A model generated the notes under the pieces. It worked only from the letters and a program-made list of their open reading frames with translations. It searched no databases and was not told where the DNA came from. Below, in pieces: positions 37,515 through 46,330 of a stretch of 64,000 nt of DNA. The translations under genes were made by a program, and so were the position numbers. Numbering within the stretch: position 1 is the first letter of the stretch; every line of letters begins with the position of its first letter. Source of the DNA: an uncultured Pseudomonadales bacterium (GTDB taxonomy: Bacteria; Patescibacteriota; Microgenomatia; UBA1400; PJMF01). Where the stretch lies: contig CAZZBW010000002.1 in the NCBI GenBank assembly GCA_964653045.1, forward strand, positions 298 through 64,297, written 5' to 3'.

Positions 37515-38379
37515 ACTTAATTATCCTAGCTTTAATTAATCGTGCGGGGTTATCAGGATCCCTAATTTCAATGACCTCATTCGAATATCCTATTTTTTTA
37601 ATGTTCTCGATTTCAAATCTTTCTTCTTGAGAAAAAGACTGATATTTATTTTCCCTCATAAGCAGATAAAACTGTTTGGTTTTCGTTTGGTCCATAAGAT
37701 GACCATATATTTTGGAGGGGTTAGCAATGTGCCACATTCCCCTAATACGCATCGTCGTAATACCCAATGGATCAACTTTTTTCACTTTGCCAAGTTCATT
37801 TGTTTTCTGAAAGTTCGTATCAGGAATAGAATTGACACCTTTTTCAATAATTGTAAACAATTTTTCATAAACTTGTCTTGAAGCCGAATAGCAATCTCCA
37901 TATATTAACCACAATCTCTTTAGTTCAGCACTGCTATCAGGAGTGCCAATAGCATAAACAATGTCCTTAACTTTCCATTTCTCAGCAGTTTTTGCTCCAG
38001 AGGCAACTCTTGTGTCATCTATATATAACTTGTTTCTAGGATGAGAACTATTTAGTGCGATATCTGATTTCAGTGATTCAACTTTTTTTATTTCTATTGC
38101 ATCGCCGTTTTTGATAATGCAATCGGGTGGATTACTTCCGTTACCCAACCAGGAGAAAGCATCACTATACACCCTGTCTCTGACACTGTTTTCTATTGAT
38201 TCTCTCCCGAGCAAACCGGCGATTGCATCTTTTACATATCCCTCGAGCGCATCACCGATATTATTTATCCGATTATTTGATATTTTTGCTGGGTTTATTG
38301 AGGAATTCGGCTGATTCACAATATTCATGAAGGCGCCAAGGACTGAATAAAATTGTCTGCTCATTTTATTGATCCACAT
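37504..38379 (-). CDS. putative type II restriction endonuclease (R-M partner)
   Basis: Co-directional with the m5C MTase and overlapping it by 11 nt; no family recognised from sequence. Confidence 0.4.
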   Translation of the reverse strand: MWINKMSRQFYSVLGAFMNIVNQPNSSINPAKISNNRINNIGDALEGYVKDAIAGLLGRESIENSVRDRVYSDAFSWLGNGSNPPDCIIKNGDAIEIKKVESLKSDIALNSSHPRNKLYIDDTRVASGAKTAEKWKVKDIVYAIGTPDSSAELKRLWLIYGDCYSASRQVYEKLFTIIEKGVNSIPDTNFQKTNELGKVKKVDPLGITTMRIRGMWHIANPSKIYGHLMDQTKTKQFYLLMRENKYQSFSQEERFEIENIKKIGYSNEVIEIRDPDNPARLIKARIIKYEI

Positions 38380-38561
38380 TCACACATAATATAATCGGAT
38401 TCTTACATTTACATTTACTTTTTACAAGAACCTATCCAACGCTAAGTTGTTTGAGACATACTGGGCTTTACAAGATATTGCCTCAAAATCTTGAATAATA
38501 TCTCAATATCGGCAAGGTACGCTTTTGCTCAAAAGCAATTAAGATCGTAATCAACTGGTTT

Positions 38562-38828
38562 TTAGCAATGAATCTCTTTTCTGTGCCCGGCACGAATAAT
38601 TAGGATTTCTTTTTGCGAATGGATGACATCGAAAAGTACGCGATAATCTCCGGCTCTTAGACGATATTTAGGGATATTTGGTCCAACCAACATTTTAATG
38701 TTTTTTGATTTCCGATTGGTTCTCAATAGTAAAACGTGATTAATTAACTTAACGCGGATTTCCGCATTAAGTTTGCGAAAATCCTTTTTGGCTCTCTCGG
38801 TGATGTTGATTGAATACTCGCCAGTCAT
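38562..38828 (-). CDS. RelE/ParE-family type II toxin
   Basis: 88 aa; RelE/ParE-like pattern (..YRLRAGDYRVLFDV...ILIIRAGHRKEI). Confidence 0.7.
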   Translation of the reverse strand: MTGEYSINITERAKKDFRKLNAEIRVKLINHVLLLRTNRKSKNIKMLVGPNIPKYRLRAGDYRVLFDVIHSQKEILIIRAGHRKEIHC

Positions 38829-39101
38829 TTATTTTTTAAACTCTTTGATAAAATCTTCAAACTTAGTTGTCTTGCCTGCTTTGTAATCCTTTCGTGCTTG
38901 AGCCACGTCGCGAAGCAGTTGAGGAGAGTTTAGCTCCATCAAAATGTCTTCCAAATCTTGATAATCAGCAAACGGCATCACCACGAATACCGGCTTATTC
39001 CGGCAAGTGACAATGTAGTGTCCACCCTCTTTTTCAATTAACCGCGCCATTGCGGGCAGCTTGGTTTGAAACTCTTTAATGCCAAAAACGTTTTGTATCA
39101 T
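38829..39101 (-). CDS. Phd/YefM-family antitoxin
   Basis: Abuts the toxin; PVFVVMPFADYQDLEDI core typical of Phd/YefM; start moved to an internal Met (ORF track gives 147 aa). Confidence 0.6.
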   Translation of the reverse strand: MIQNVFGIKEFQTKLPAMARLIEKEGGHYIVTCRNKPVFVVMPFADYQDLEDILMELNSPQLLRDVAQARKDYKAGKTTKFEDFIKEFKK

Positions 39102-39293
39102 AGTGCGATTAGGATACCGTAATCGTAGTACCTTGTCAAACTCTAAGTCGAAAACACTGGCATTGCTCAGTTGCGATTGACCAAGGTAAAAATCAAAAGA
39201 AGTTGAGTTTTGACTTACTTGAATTTGGTTAGGACTGGCTGATAATTGCACTTCTGCAATTATCAGCCCCAATTCTTACATTAACCTTAAATA

Positions 39294-40088
39294 TTATAAA
39301 AACCGATCTAATCCCAGGTTTTTGGAGTAAGCAAAGCTGCGGATGAAAAACCAGCCGGCCAGGGTGAGATAGAGAACATTCAGACCAAAGCTAATATAAA
39401 GATAAGTGGGATTGATGGGCGCGCCGCCCACTGCGGCGCGCATGCTCTCCAACACATACGTGGTCGGCACCAACATTGAAATTTTTTGCACGAAAAACGG
39501 TAGCCGATCCACCGGAAAATAGATGGCGCTAAACGGCAGTAAAATTCCTGGCAAAGCCCAAATAATTGTCTGGACCTTCGGCCCATGACGCAACACAATT
39601 CCAGAACCAAGTAGTCCTACCCACCAGCCAGTCATACTACACAAAAAGAAAAACGGCACTAGCCACCAACCAAGTGTAAAAGCGTTAACCGCATACAAAA
39701 TCAAAATTGCAGGAACCATTATGCCCAACGTAATTAACGTTTTGATTACTGACAATCCCAGTACAGCGGTCAGCCACTCACTAATCTTGAGAGGTGTCGA
39801 AAACAAGTTGCTGAGATTGCTGTTCCAAATCTCATCCATCAAGTTTCTGCCAACTTCAGACTGTGACCGCCAGATTATATTCCACAGGATTAAACCCATC
39901 AGAATTGCGGTGACCAAAGTTGGCGAACCACTTTCTTCAGTCAACCAACTACCAGTAATTCCCCAAGTCAAAGTGTCAATTAGTGGCCAATAGATCATGT
40001 CCGAAAGCAGATCAAAATCCCGCCGCAACGGATAGAGATGGCGCATAAACAAAGCTTTGACGCGGTGGTTAAAAATTTTATTTAGCAT
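39294..40088 (-). CDS. ABC-2 type transporter permease
   Basis: Six TM helices; lies downstream of the ABC ATPase; start moved to the ATG at 40088. Confidence 0.6.
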   Translation of the reverse strand: MLNKIFNHRVKALFMRHLYPLRRDFDLLSDMIYWPLIDTLTWGITGSWLTEESGSPTLVTAILMGLILWNIIWRSQSEVGRNLMDEIWNSNLSNLFSTPLKISEWLTAVLGLSVIKTLITLGIMVPAILILYAVNAFTLGWWLVPFFFLCSMTGWWVGLLGSGIVLRHGPKVQTIIWALPGILLPFSAIYFPVDRLPFFVQKISMLVPTTYVLESMRAAVGGAPINPTYLYISFGLNVLYLTLAGWFFIRSFAYSKNLGLDRFL

Positions 40089-41031
40089 TACCACCTTCCT
40101 TTGCCTGATTGATAAAGTAATCTTCAAGTGTCGGCTTATCAATACTAATTTGGGTATACTCAATTTTGGCATCGGCCAAACAAGCCAAGAAACCAGCAAT
40201 TAACGACTCTTCAATGTTAATTACAATCTCCCGCCCGTCAATGTTGCTGGCAAAGCCCTGCTCTTTGGCAAACCGCGCTGTCCTTTTCAAACCGTCTTTG
40301 ACTATTAATCTCATTCTAGCCAGAGACACAGATTGGGCCAATTTTTCCGGTGTGTCCTCAGCCACAATTTTCCCATGCTTAAGAAAAATTACCCGATCAC
40401 ACACATTGGCGACCTCATCCATATTATGTGAAGTGTATAAAATGCTAGTACCAAACTCATGTTGCTGTTTGGTCACAAATTGGCGCACTTCGTGCGCCAT
40501 ATCCGGGTCGAGTGACGCGGTCGGCTCATCAAGCAGGACAATCTTTGGGTATGAGATGAAGGCTTTTGTCAACATCACCCTAGTGACCTGACCAGCAGAT
40601 AACTGACTCAAAGTTTTATCCCGTTGTTGCCAAACTCCAAAATATTCCAAAAAATATTTCACTCGCTTATTAAATGTTTTTTTGCTTAATCCATACAACA
40701 ACGCATAAACCCACAAGTTTTCCATCACACTCAGCCGCCAGGGCATCTTGATGTAGGTACTGGCAAAAGTCACATTTTGTAATATTTCAGTACGGAAATT
40801 TTGGAAGTTTTGGCCAAAATAATTTACATCTCCAATCGTGGGAGTCAGGTTACCGATCAACATTTGAATTGTGGTTGACTTGCCTGCTCCATTGGGACCA
40901 AGCAGTCCCAAGATCTCACCCGGCTTGAGCACAAACGAGATATGATCAACCGCAGTAAACTCCGCCTCGCCCTTTCGGCTCGGCGGATAAATCTTGGTCA
41001 GCTGGCCAACTTTCAGCACTGGTGCTTTCAT
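40078..41031 (-). CDS. ABC transporter ATP-binding protein
   Basis: Walker A GPNGAGKST, signature LSAGQ, Walker B LLDEPT. Confidence 0.85.
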   Translation of the reverse strand: MKAPVLKVGQLTKIYPPSRKGEAEFTAVDHISFVLKPGEILGLLGPNGAGKSTTIQMLIGNLTPTIGDVNYFGQNFQNFRTEILQNVTFASTYIKMPWRLSVMENLWVYALLYGLSKKTFNKRVKYFLEYFGVWQQRDKTLSQLSAGQVTRVMLTKAFISYPKIVLLDEPTASLDPDMAHEVRQFVTKQQHEFGTSILYTSHNMDEVANVCDRVIFLKHGKIVAEDTPEKLAQSVSLARMRLIVKDGLKRTARFAKEQGFASNIDGREIVINIEESLIAGFLACLADAKIEYTQISIDKPTLEDYFINQAKEGGNAK

Positions 41032-41174
41032 AAACTACCCTCACCGCAGTTCTGCCCGCCTTCCCGTTTCGGTTGCAATCACTTTGGAAATTACTATAAT
41101 GATTTTACTACAGAATTACCAGATATCAATTAGAAAATTTACCTAATGTATAATTTTATTGCACATCCACAACC

Positions 41175-41513
41175 ATGATTCAAATCATAAATACTTCATC
41201 AGTAAAAACCATCTCTGACGTTTGCGGAACTATTAAAGAGCTGTATTCGAGTGAAAACATCAGTTTTTCAATCGCTGAAATTTCTGGAACATCAACTCCG
41301 CATAAACACAAACAGATGGAAGAAATATATTTCGTGTTAAGTGGCACAGGTATTATTTACATTGGTGACGACTTATTACCAATCAAACCTGGAGATCTGA
41401 TTCCTATTCCCAAAGATATTCTTCATCACATTAAAACAAACCAGAATGAAGTTCTAGAGCTAGTTGTGATCACACATCCAAAATTTGACAAAAGTGATGT
41501 AATTGAGCAGTAA
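41175..41513 (+). CDS. cupin-domain protein
   Basis: PHKHKQMEEIYFVLSGTG...G.D cupin motifs. Confidence 0.65.
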   Translation: MIQIINTSSVKTISDVCGTIKELYSSENISFSIAEISGTSTPHKHKQMEEIYFVLSGTGIIYIGDDLLPIKPGDLIPIPKDILHHIKTNQNEVLELVVITHPKFDKSDVIEQ

Positions 41514-41516
41514 TGT

Positions 41517-42026
41517 ATGTCCCCCATTACCGTGTTCGTCCACGACAAAATGCAAAGCAACTATTGCTATACGTTGTCGAAACCGATGGGGAATAACTTT
41601 GATCCGGGTTTCAAACCGGAGCTAACGCCACTACAAATGTTGGAACTGGGGGTGTTCGGCGGCAAGTACATGAGTGATTGCCGCGACGAGTTTCCCAAAA
41701 GTTGGTTTAAAAATGCTAAACTCTGCTCTGAGTTTCACAATCCTGAACTCAACTATTTCGGTGTCAACGCCTCGCAACCTTTGTCTGTTTGGCTGAAAAA
41801 CGGCTGGATCTACGAAGAAGATCCACGCGGCTGGTTTCAGTGGTACTGCCGGTACTACATGGGGAGGAGGATTGCACATGAGGACGCGCGCCAGATTAGA
41901 AGATGGCGCGCGTATCGGAGGCACTTGAGCCAAGTGCAAAACAACTGCCGCGCCGGCGACCTCACCTGCCGGCGCAAACAACGCCAATCACTTCTTCACT
42001 GGGCTTACGACTCACGCAGGGTTTAG
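41517..42026 (+). CDS. hypothetical protein (DUF-type, conserved basic C-terminus)
   Basis: ORF only; weak resemblance to a conserved protein family of unknown function. Confidence 0.35.
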   Translation: MSPITVFVHDKMQSNYCYTLSKPMGNNFDPGFKPELTPLQMLELGVFGGKYMSDCRDEFPKSWFKNAKLCSEFHNPELNYFGVNASQPLSVWLKNGWIYEEDPRGWFQWYCRYYMGRRIAHEDARQIRRWRAYRRHLSQVQNNCRAGDLTCRRKQRQSLLHWAYDSRRV

Positions 42027-42180
42027 AATAACACCGTCTCACCCATACTTCGACCGCTTTCTTTTGATCCCGAATTCATTACAACTCGGATTTACAAAGA
42101 GGCTATCATCCTATCAAAATAAATTTTCAACTTTTTTTTCAAAACGGTAAATTAGTATAAAAATTACTTTAAGTTTCAAT

Positions 42181-42196
42181 TAGCAAAATTTTGCTA
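42181..42196. promoter_or_regulatory. 16-bp perfect palindrome TAGCAAAATTTTGCTA (copy 1 of pair, region 1)
   Basis: Read directly; second copy (TTGCAAAATTTTGCTA, 1 mismatch) at 42331-42346, 150 bp away. Confidence 0.5.
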
Positions 42197-42330
42197 ATAT
42201 ATTCTTAGTAATAAATTGACAGTAGCGATTCCATCGGTTATCTACTAATAGATCTTCTGACCAAAGTATTTATCAAAAATACAAATTGGCACTGATGGAT
42301 TGCATTTTTCGTTTCGTAGGTTGGGAAACA

Positions 42331-42346
42331 TTTGCAAAATTTTGCT
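42331..42346. promoter_or_regulatory. palindrome copy 2 of pair, region 1 (1 mismatch)
   Basis: ttgcaaaattttgcta. Confidence 0.45.
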
Positions 42347-42421
42347 ACAAGCTATTATACGAAAGATACGACAACCAGATAGTCAGAATATAGTTATAGG
42401 ACTCTATGTGACATCCAATAA

Positions 42422-43063
42422 TCAAACTTGTTTATAAAAAAGTAGACTTGAGTAGTTTTTTAGACCAAAAAGATCAATCGGACTGGTAACACACGCACGA
42501 TTAAAACCCATGGCGGTATGCCAAAGAATTGATGGGCAATTTGTTACCGGTCCAGTGGTAACTATTGAGAACAAATGTTTGATCTTAAGATTAAACAGTT
42601 CCCTTATCGATGCTTGAAAAAGCCCGGTCGCAATTCCTTTACCTTGATGTTCTTTGGCAACCACTATTTGGTGTAAAGCAATACTTTGCTCATCTTCAAA
42701 ATATGTTTGCTTAAGTTTTTGGTCAAACCAAATTATATTGTCCGCTTGTTCTGGGAAATATATTTCACGATTAATATCAATTAAACCCACTGGTTGATTG
42801 TTTTTTTCGTAAACATTGAAAATTGAGGAGTTAGTAATTCTAGCTTTGTGCTCTTTTTCAGTTTCGCTACTAATGAAAAAGCCATCATGTTGTATTTGAG
42901 TGCAATAACTTATATCATCAACTTTGCTTACGTCTAAAACAAATGCTTGCTTAAGTAACCAAAGCTTTTTTGAATCAGAAGGGAGCGCTTTTCTAATCAT
43001 ACATTCGACTTGCTTGTAATGAATGAAGTTGAGGTGTTCAGTATGACACTGATACGACTTCAT
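42422..43063 (-). CDS. GNAT-family N-acetyltransferase
   Basis: QIVVAKEHQGKGIATGLF acetyl-CoA-binding motif; true start may be an internal Met. Confidence 0.6.
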   Translation of the reverse strand: MKSYQCHTEHLNFIHYKQVECMIRKALPSDSKKLWLLKQAFVLDVSKVDDISYCTQIQHDGFFISSETEKEHKARITNSSIFNVYEKNNQPVGLIDINREIYFPEQADNIIWFDQKLKQTYFEDEQSIALHQIVVAKEHQGKGIATGLFQASIRELFNLKIKHLFSIVTTGPVTNCPSILWHTAMGFNRACVTSPIDLFGLKNYSSLLFYKQV

Positions 43064-43070
43064 TACATTT

Positions 43071-43097
43071 CTGCGCCCCGCCGCCGGCGGGGCGCAG
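43071..43097. terminator. GC-rich perfect palindrome / hairpin ctgcgccccgccg-c-cggcggggcgcag
   Basis: 13-bp perfect stem, extendable with flanking tacatt/aatgta; downstream of the 43123-44052 (-) gene; no clear U-tract. Confidence 0.4.
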
Positions 43098-43122
43098 TAA
43101 TGTATTTCATTAAACCAAACCG

Positions 43123-44052
43123 CTATTTGATTGGCGTCCCAATTTTCCTGACTGATTTTCGTTTAAGAACTCCAGCAAGAATTACCAGCGGAATTAATAC
43201 AGCACCATATACCACTACCCAAATCATAAACTGAGCAATTACAAACAGGTTGTCTAAAACCGAGTTGTATGCTCGATCGAGCTCGTCACGAAGATCGGGA
43301 CGAGCGCTGGGATCATAAACAGATTTTGACGATGCAGCTGAAATACTCAAGGTCGCATACTCAACTTGCTCAGTTTGAGCTTCATCTTGATCCTTAACTT
43401 GTTTGATCTGCTGATCTAAACGTTGAATCTCTAATTCAATCCGGCGTCTTTCCACCTCGGTTTTGGCCTCAACCAACTCAATTTCTTTGACAGCTTTCTG
43501 ATCTTCCAAATTGGCCAGTTGAGTTTTAATTGAGTCTACTCTACCAGTCACGTCAGTTGAGCTGACTTGCTGGTTTTCAATTGAACGCACGCCCTCAACA
43601 ATTTTGGCTGTAGCTTCATCAAATTTGTCGACAGGGACTTTGGCCGTCATGTAGCCAGTTTGATACCTACCATGGCTACCAGTTTGAAAGTTCATTACCC
43701 GACCATCAATACTCAGGATGTATGCCTTGGTTTGATTAAAGTAACCAGCCACATCATCCATTACTAAACTAAACGAACCGTAAACTTCATATGCTCTTTG
43801 TTCAACCTGGAGGGCATCACCAGCATCAGGGTAGTAAGGGGGATAATAAGGCTGACTTGGGAATCCTGGAGAAGTGTAGCCAATTTTATCAACGGCTTGA
43901 ATACCTGCACCTCCTTGATTTTCTGAAACCATGTACATATCCATTGACGAGGTACTGAGTTGATTGAGACCAAAACCACTCCGCAGAAGTACTGTCAAAC
44001 CAGAAAGAATGACTACAGCTAAGCCTAATACTAGCCACTTTTTTTTGGACAT
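43123..44052 (-). CDS. hypothetical membrane protein with central coiled coil (N-terminal and C-terminal TM helices; DUF4349-like architecture)
   Basis: TM helices at both ends, heptad-rich Q/E/K region; no catalytic motif. Confidence 0.4.
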   Translation of the reverse strand: MSKKKWLVLGLAVVILSGLTVLLRSGFGLNQLSTSSMDMYMVSENQGGAGIQAVDKIGYTSPGFPSQPYYPPYYPDAGDALQVEQRAYEVYGSFSLVMDDVAGYFNQTKAYILSIDGRVMNFQTGSHGRYQTGYMTAKVPVDKFDEATAKIVEGVRSIENQQVSSTDVTGRVDSIKTQLANLEDQKAVKEIELVEAKTEVERRRIELEIQRLDQQIKQVKDQDEAQTEQVEYATLSISAASSKSVYDPSARPDLRDELDRAYNSVLDNLFVIAQFMIWVVVYGAVLIPLVILAGVLKRKSVRKIGTPIK

Positions 44053-44058
44053 ATGAGT

Positions 44059-46305
44059 TTATCCTCCGTTGCTACCTTCTATACTATGAATATACTCCAT
44101 AATCTTTCCGGCGTTAACAGTCCGCGGCTTACTACCTTCGGCCGGTCCTACCATCCCAGCGGCGTATAACTGGTCTAAAATTCTGGCGGCGCGGTTGTAG
44201 CCCAAGGAAAAGCGGCGCTGAATCATGGATGATGAAGCTTTGTCCGAAGTGACAATTAGTTTGGCTACTTCGAGAAACAGTTCGTCTCGTTCGTCACTGC
44301 CACCTCCGCCACTGCCAAATTTGCCACCAGAAGTGACACTCGCCTCATACTTTGAGGTCACTTCCTCAAGATATTCCGGTTGTTGGCCTTGTTTTTTGAC
44401 GAACTCAATAAGACGTTTTGTTTCGTCATCAGATACAAAAGTACCCTGCAGACGAAGAGGCTTGGCTCGGTCGGGGGGAATAAACAACATGTCCCCCCGA
44501 CCGAGCAGTTTTTCCGCTCCTGGTGTATCCAAGATCACTCTAGAATCCATCATCGAAGAGACGTTGAAGGCGATTCTGGCCGGAATGTTAGCTTTAATCA
44601 AACCAGTCAAGACATCAACTGAAGGACGTTGTGTTGCCAAAAGCAAGTGAATTCCGACTGCCCGCGCCATCTGAGCAATTCTGGTAATATTTTCCTCTAC
44701 GTCAGCTGGCGCGAACAGCATCACGTCAGCCAATTCATCTACCACCACTACAATTCGGTACATGGCGGTATACCCAGCTAACTCATTGTATGCATCAATA
44801 TGCCGGACACCGGCAGCAGATAGTTTTTTGTACCGCTCCTCCATCTCGTGGGTAGTCCACTTGAGTGAAGAGACCACCTGTTTGGTCTCGACAATTACTG
44901 GAGTCAACAAATGCGGTATGTTGTTATAACCACTCAGCTCCACCCGCTTAGGATCAACCAAAATCAATCTCACTTCGTCTGGAGAAGCCCGAAACAAAAT
45001 TGAGCATAAGAAACTATTGAGTGCGACTGACTTACCTGAGCCAGTCGCACCAGCGATCAACATGTGTGGCATGCGCGAAATATCGACCGCGTATGGTCTG
45101 TTGGCAACATCAATGCCCAGCGCTACCAACAATTTTGACTGATTTTGTTGCATTTGCGGCGAGCTGAGCATTTTGCGCAGCGTTACAAATTTGGCAGTGT
45201 GATTCGGCACTTCAATACCGACTAGTGAACGTCCAGCGATTGGTGCTTCGATCCTGATTTGACCAGTCGGAGCAGCTAAGGCTAGAGCCAAATCAGTCGA
45301 TAATCCAGTAATTTTTGATAGTTTTGTACCCCTAGTAATTTCCAGCGCGTACTGGGTGACAGAAGGTCCAAAATTGACTTCTTTAACTTTCGCTTTAATG
45401 CCAAACGAATCCAGGGTAGCCTCGATCATATCGGCGTTTTGGGAAACATCGCCCCGATCAGCCTCACCGCCATCGCTTTGATCCAATAAGCTCAAAGGAG
45501 GTAATTGCCATGGCCGATTTTGACCAGTCGGGACTGAGCTATTGGCGGAAGAAATAAGTGCCCCCACCTCTTCATCTGGCTCAATTAATGGAGGAATCGT
45601 AACCTTCTTTTGAGTCTTGGTTTGTTTAATTTCTTGATCAGAGTCAGGCTCCGCATTGCCAGGATTAATGGTAAATTTCGGCTTATTAATTAGCTGGGGC
45701 ATTTTAATTCCGGGTAAACTAAATCTTTTTTTCTCGTTTTTATCTTCATTATTCATATTTGGCAAAACTGGTTGGGTTTCTTTATTAGGCTGAGCCTTAC
45801 CTTTTAGAATACCAATTAATTCAAAGAACTCCTGCAACTTCATTTGTGCCATGATTACCATGCCGACAATAATTAATGTTAGAGAAAAAACCACTGCGCC
45901 GGCTGCAGAAAGCAGCCGGCCTAAATTTTGGTTGGTTGCCAAACCAACCTCACCATTACGAAACAAACTCATCCAACCCAAGAAAATCATGATTGTGCCC
46001 AATAGTACGTTGGGTTTGGCGGCTGACCATTTAAACTGGAGAAAGATTAATCCACTGGAAATAAATATAAATGGCAAGAACATTAACGCCAAACCCAGTT
46101 TTGAGATTAGAAAACTATTAATGCTACTTAACCAAACTCCCTGACCAGAAAACGAGATTAAAACTAACAAACCAATTGAGATCAACAGCACTCCAACAAT
46201 GGTATAAAGCGTGTGAGCTTTAAGATCGAGCTTGAATGGCAGTTTCGAACGTTTCCGCCTTTTTCCCATATTATAGGATATATCATACTTTCGGCTTGCG
46301 TTCAA
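44059..46305 (-). CDS. ftsK: DNA translocase FtsK/SpoIIIE
   Basis: N-terminal TM helices, AGATGSGKS Walker A, C-terminal gamma winged-helix (SSSMIQRRFSLGYNRAARI). Confidence 0.9.
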   Translation of the reverse strand: MNASRKYDISYNMGKRRKRSKLPFKLDLKAHTLYTIVGVLLISIGLLVLISFSGQGVWLSSINSFLISKLGLALMFLPFIFISSGLIFLQFKWSAAKPNVLLGTIMIFLGWMSLFRNGEVGLATNQNLGRLLSAAGAVVFSLTLIIVGMVIMAQMKLQEFFELIGILKGKAQPNKETQPVLPNMNNEDKNEKKRFSLPGIKMPQLINKPKFTINPGNAEPDSDQEIKQTKTQKKVTIPPLIEPDEEVGALISSANSSVPTGQNRPWQLPPLSLLDQSDGGEADRGDVSQNADMIEATLDSFGIKAKVKEVNFGPSVTQYALEITRGTKLSKITGLSTDLALALAAPTGQIRIEAPIAGRSLVGIEVPNHTAKFVTLRKMLSSPQMQQNQSKLLVALGIDVANRPYAVDISRMPHMLIAGATGSGKSVALNSFLCSILFRASPDEVRLILVDPKRVELSGYNNIPHLLTPVIVETKQVVSSLKWTTHEMEERYKKLSAAGVRHIDAYNELAGYTAMYRIVVVVDELADVMLFAPADVEENITRIAQMARAVGIHLLLATQRPSVDVLTGLIKANIPARIAFNVSSMMDSRVILDTPGAEKLLGRGDMLFIPPDRAKPLRLQGTFVSDDETKRLIEFVKKQGQQPEYLEEVTSKYEASVTSGGKFGSGGGGSDERDELFLEVAKLIVTSDKASSSMIQRRFSLGYNRAARILDQLYAAGMVGPAEGSKPRTVNAGKIMEYIHSIEGSNGG

Positions 46306-46330
46306 GCAGGAGTTGGATTAAACACTTTAT

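Noticed and set aside
39102-39272. A 147-aa Phd antitoxin as given in the ORF track
   Set aside because: The Phd/YefM homology covers only the C-terminal 90 aa; the upstream extension is Q/S-rich low complexity, and the internal Met gives a typical antitoxin size
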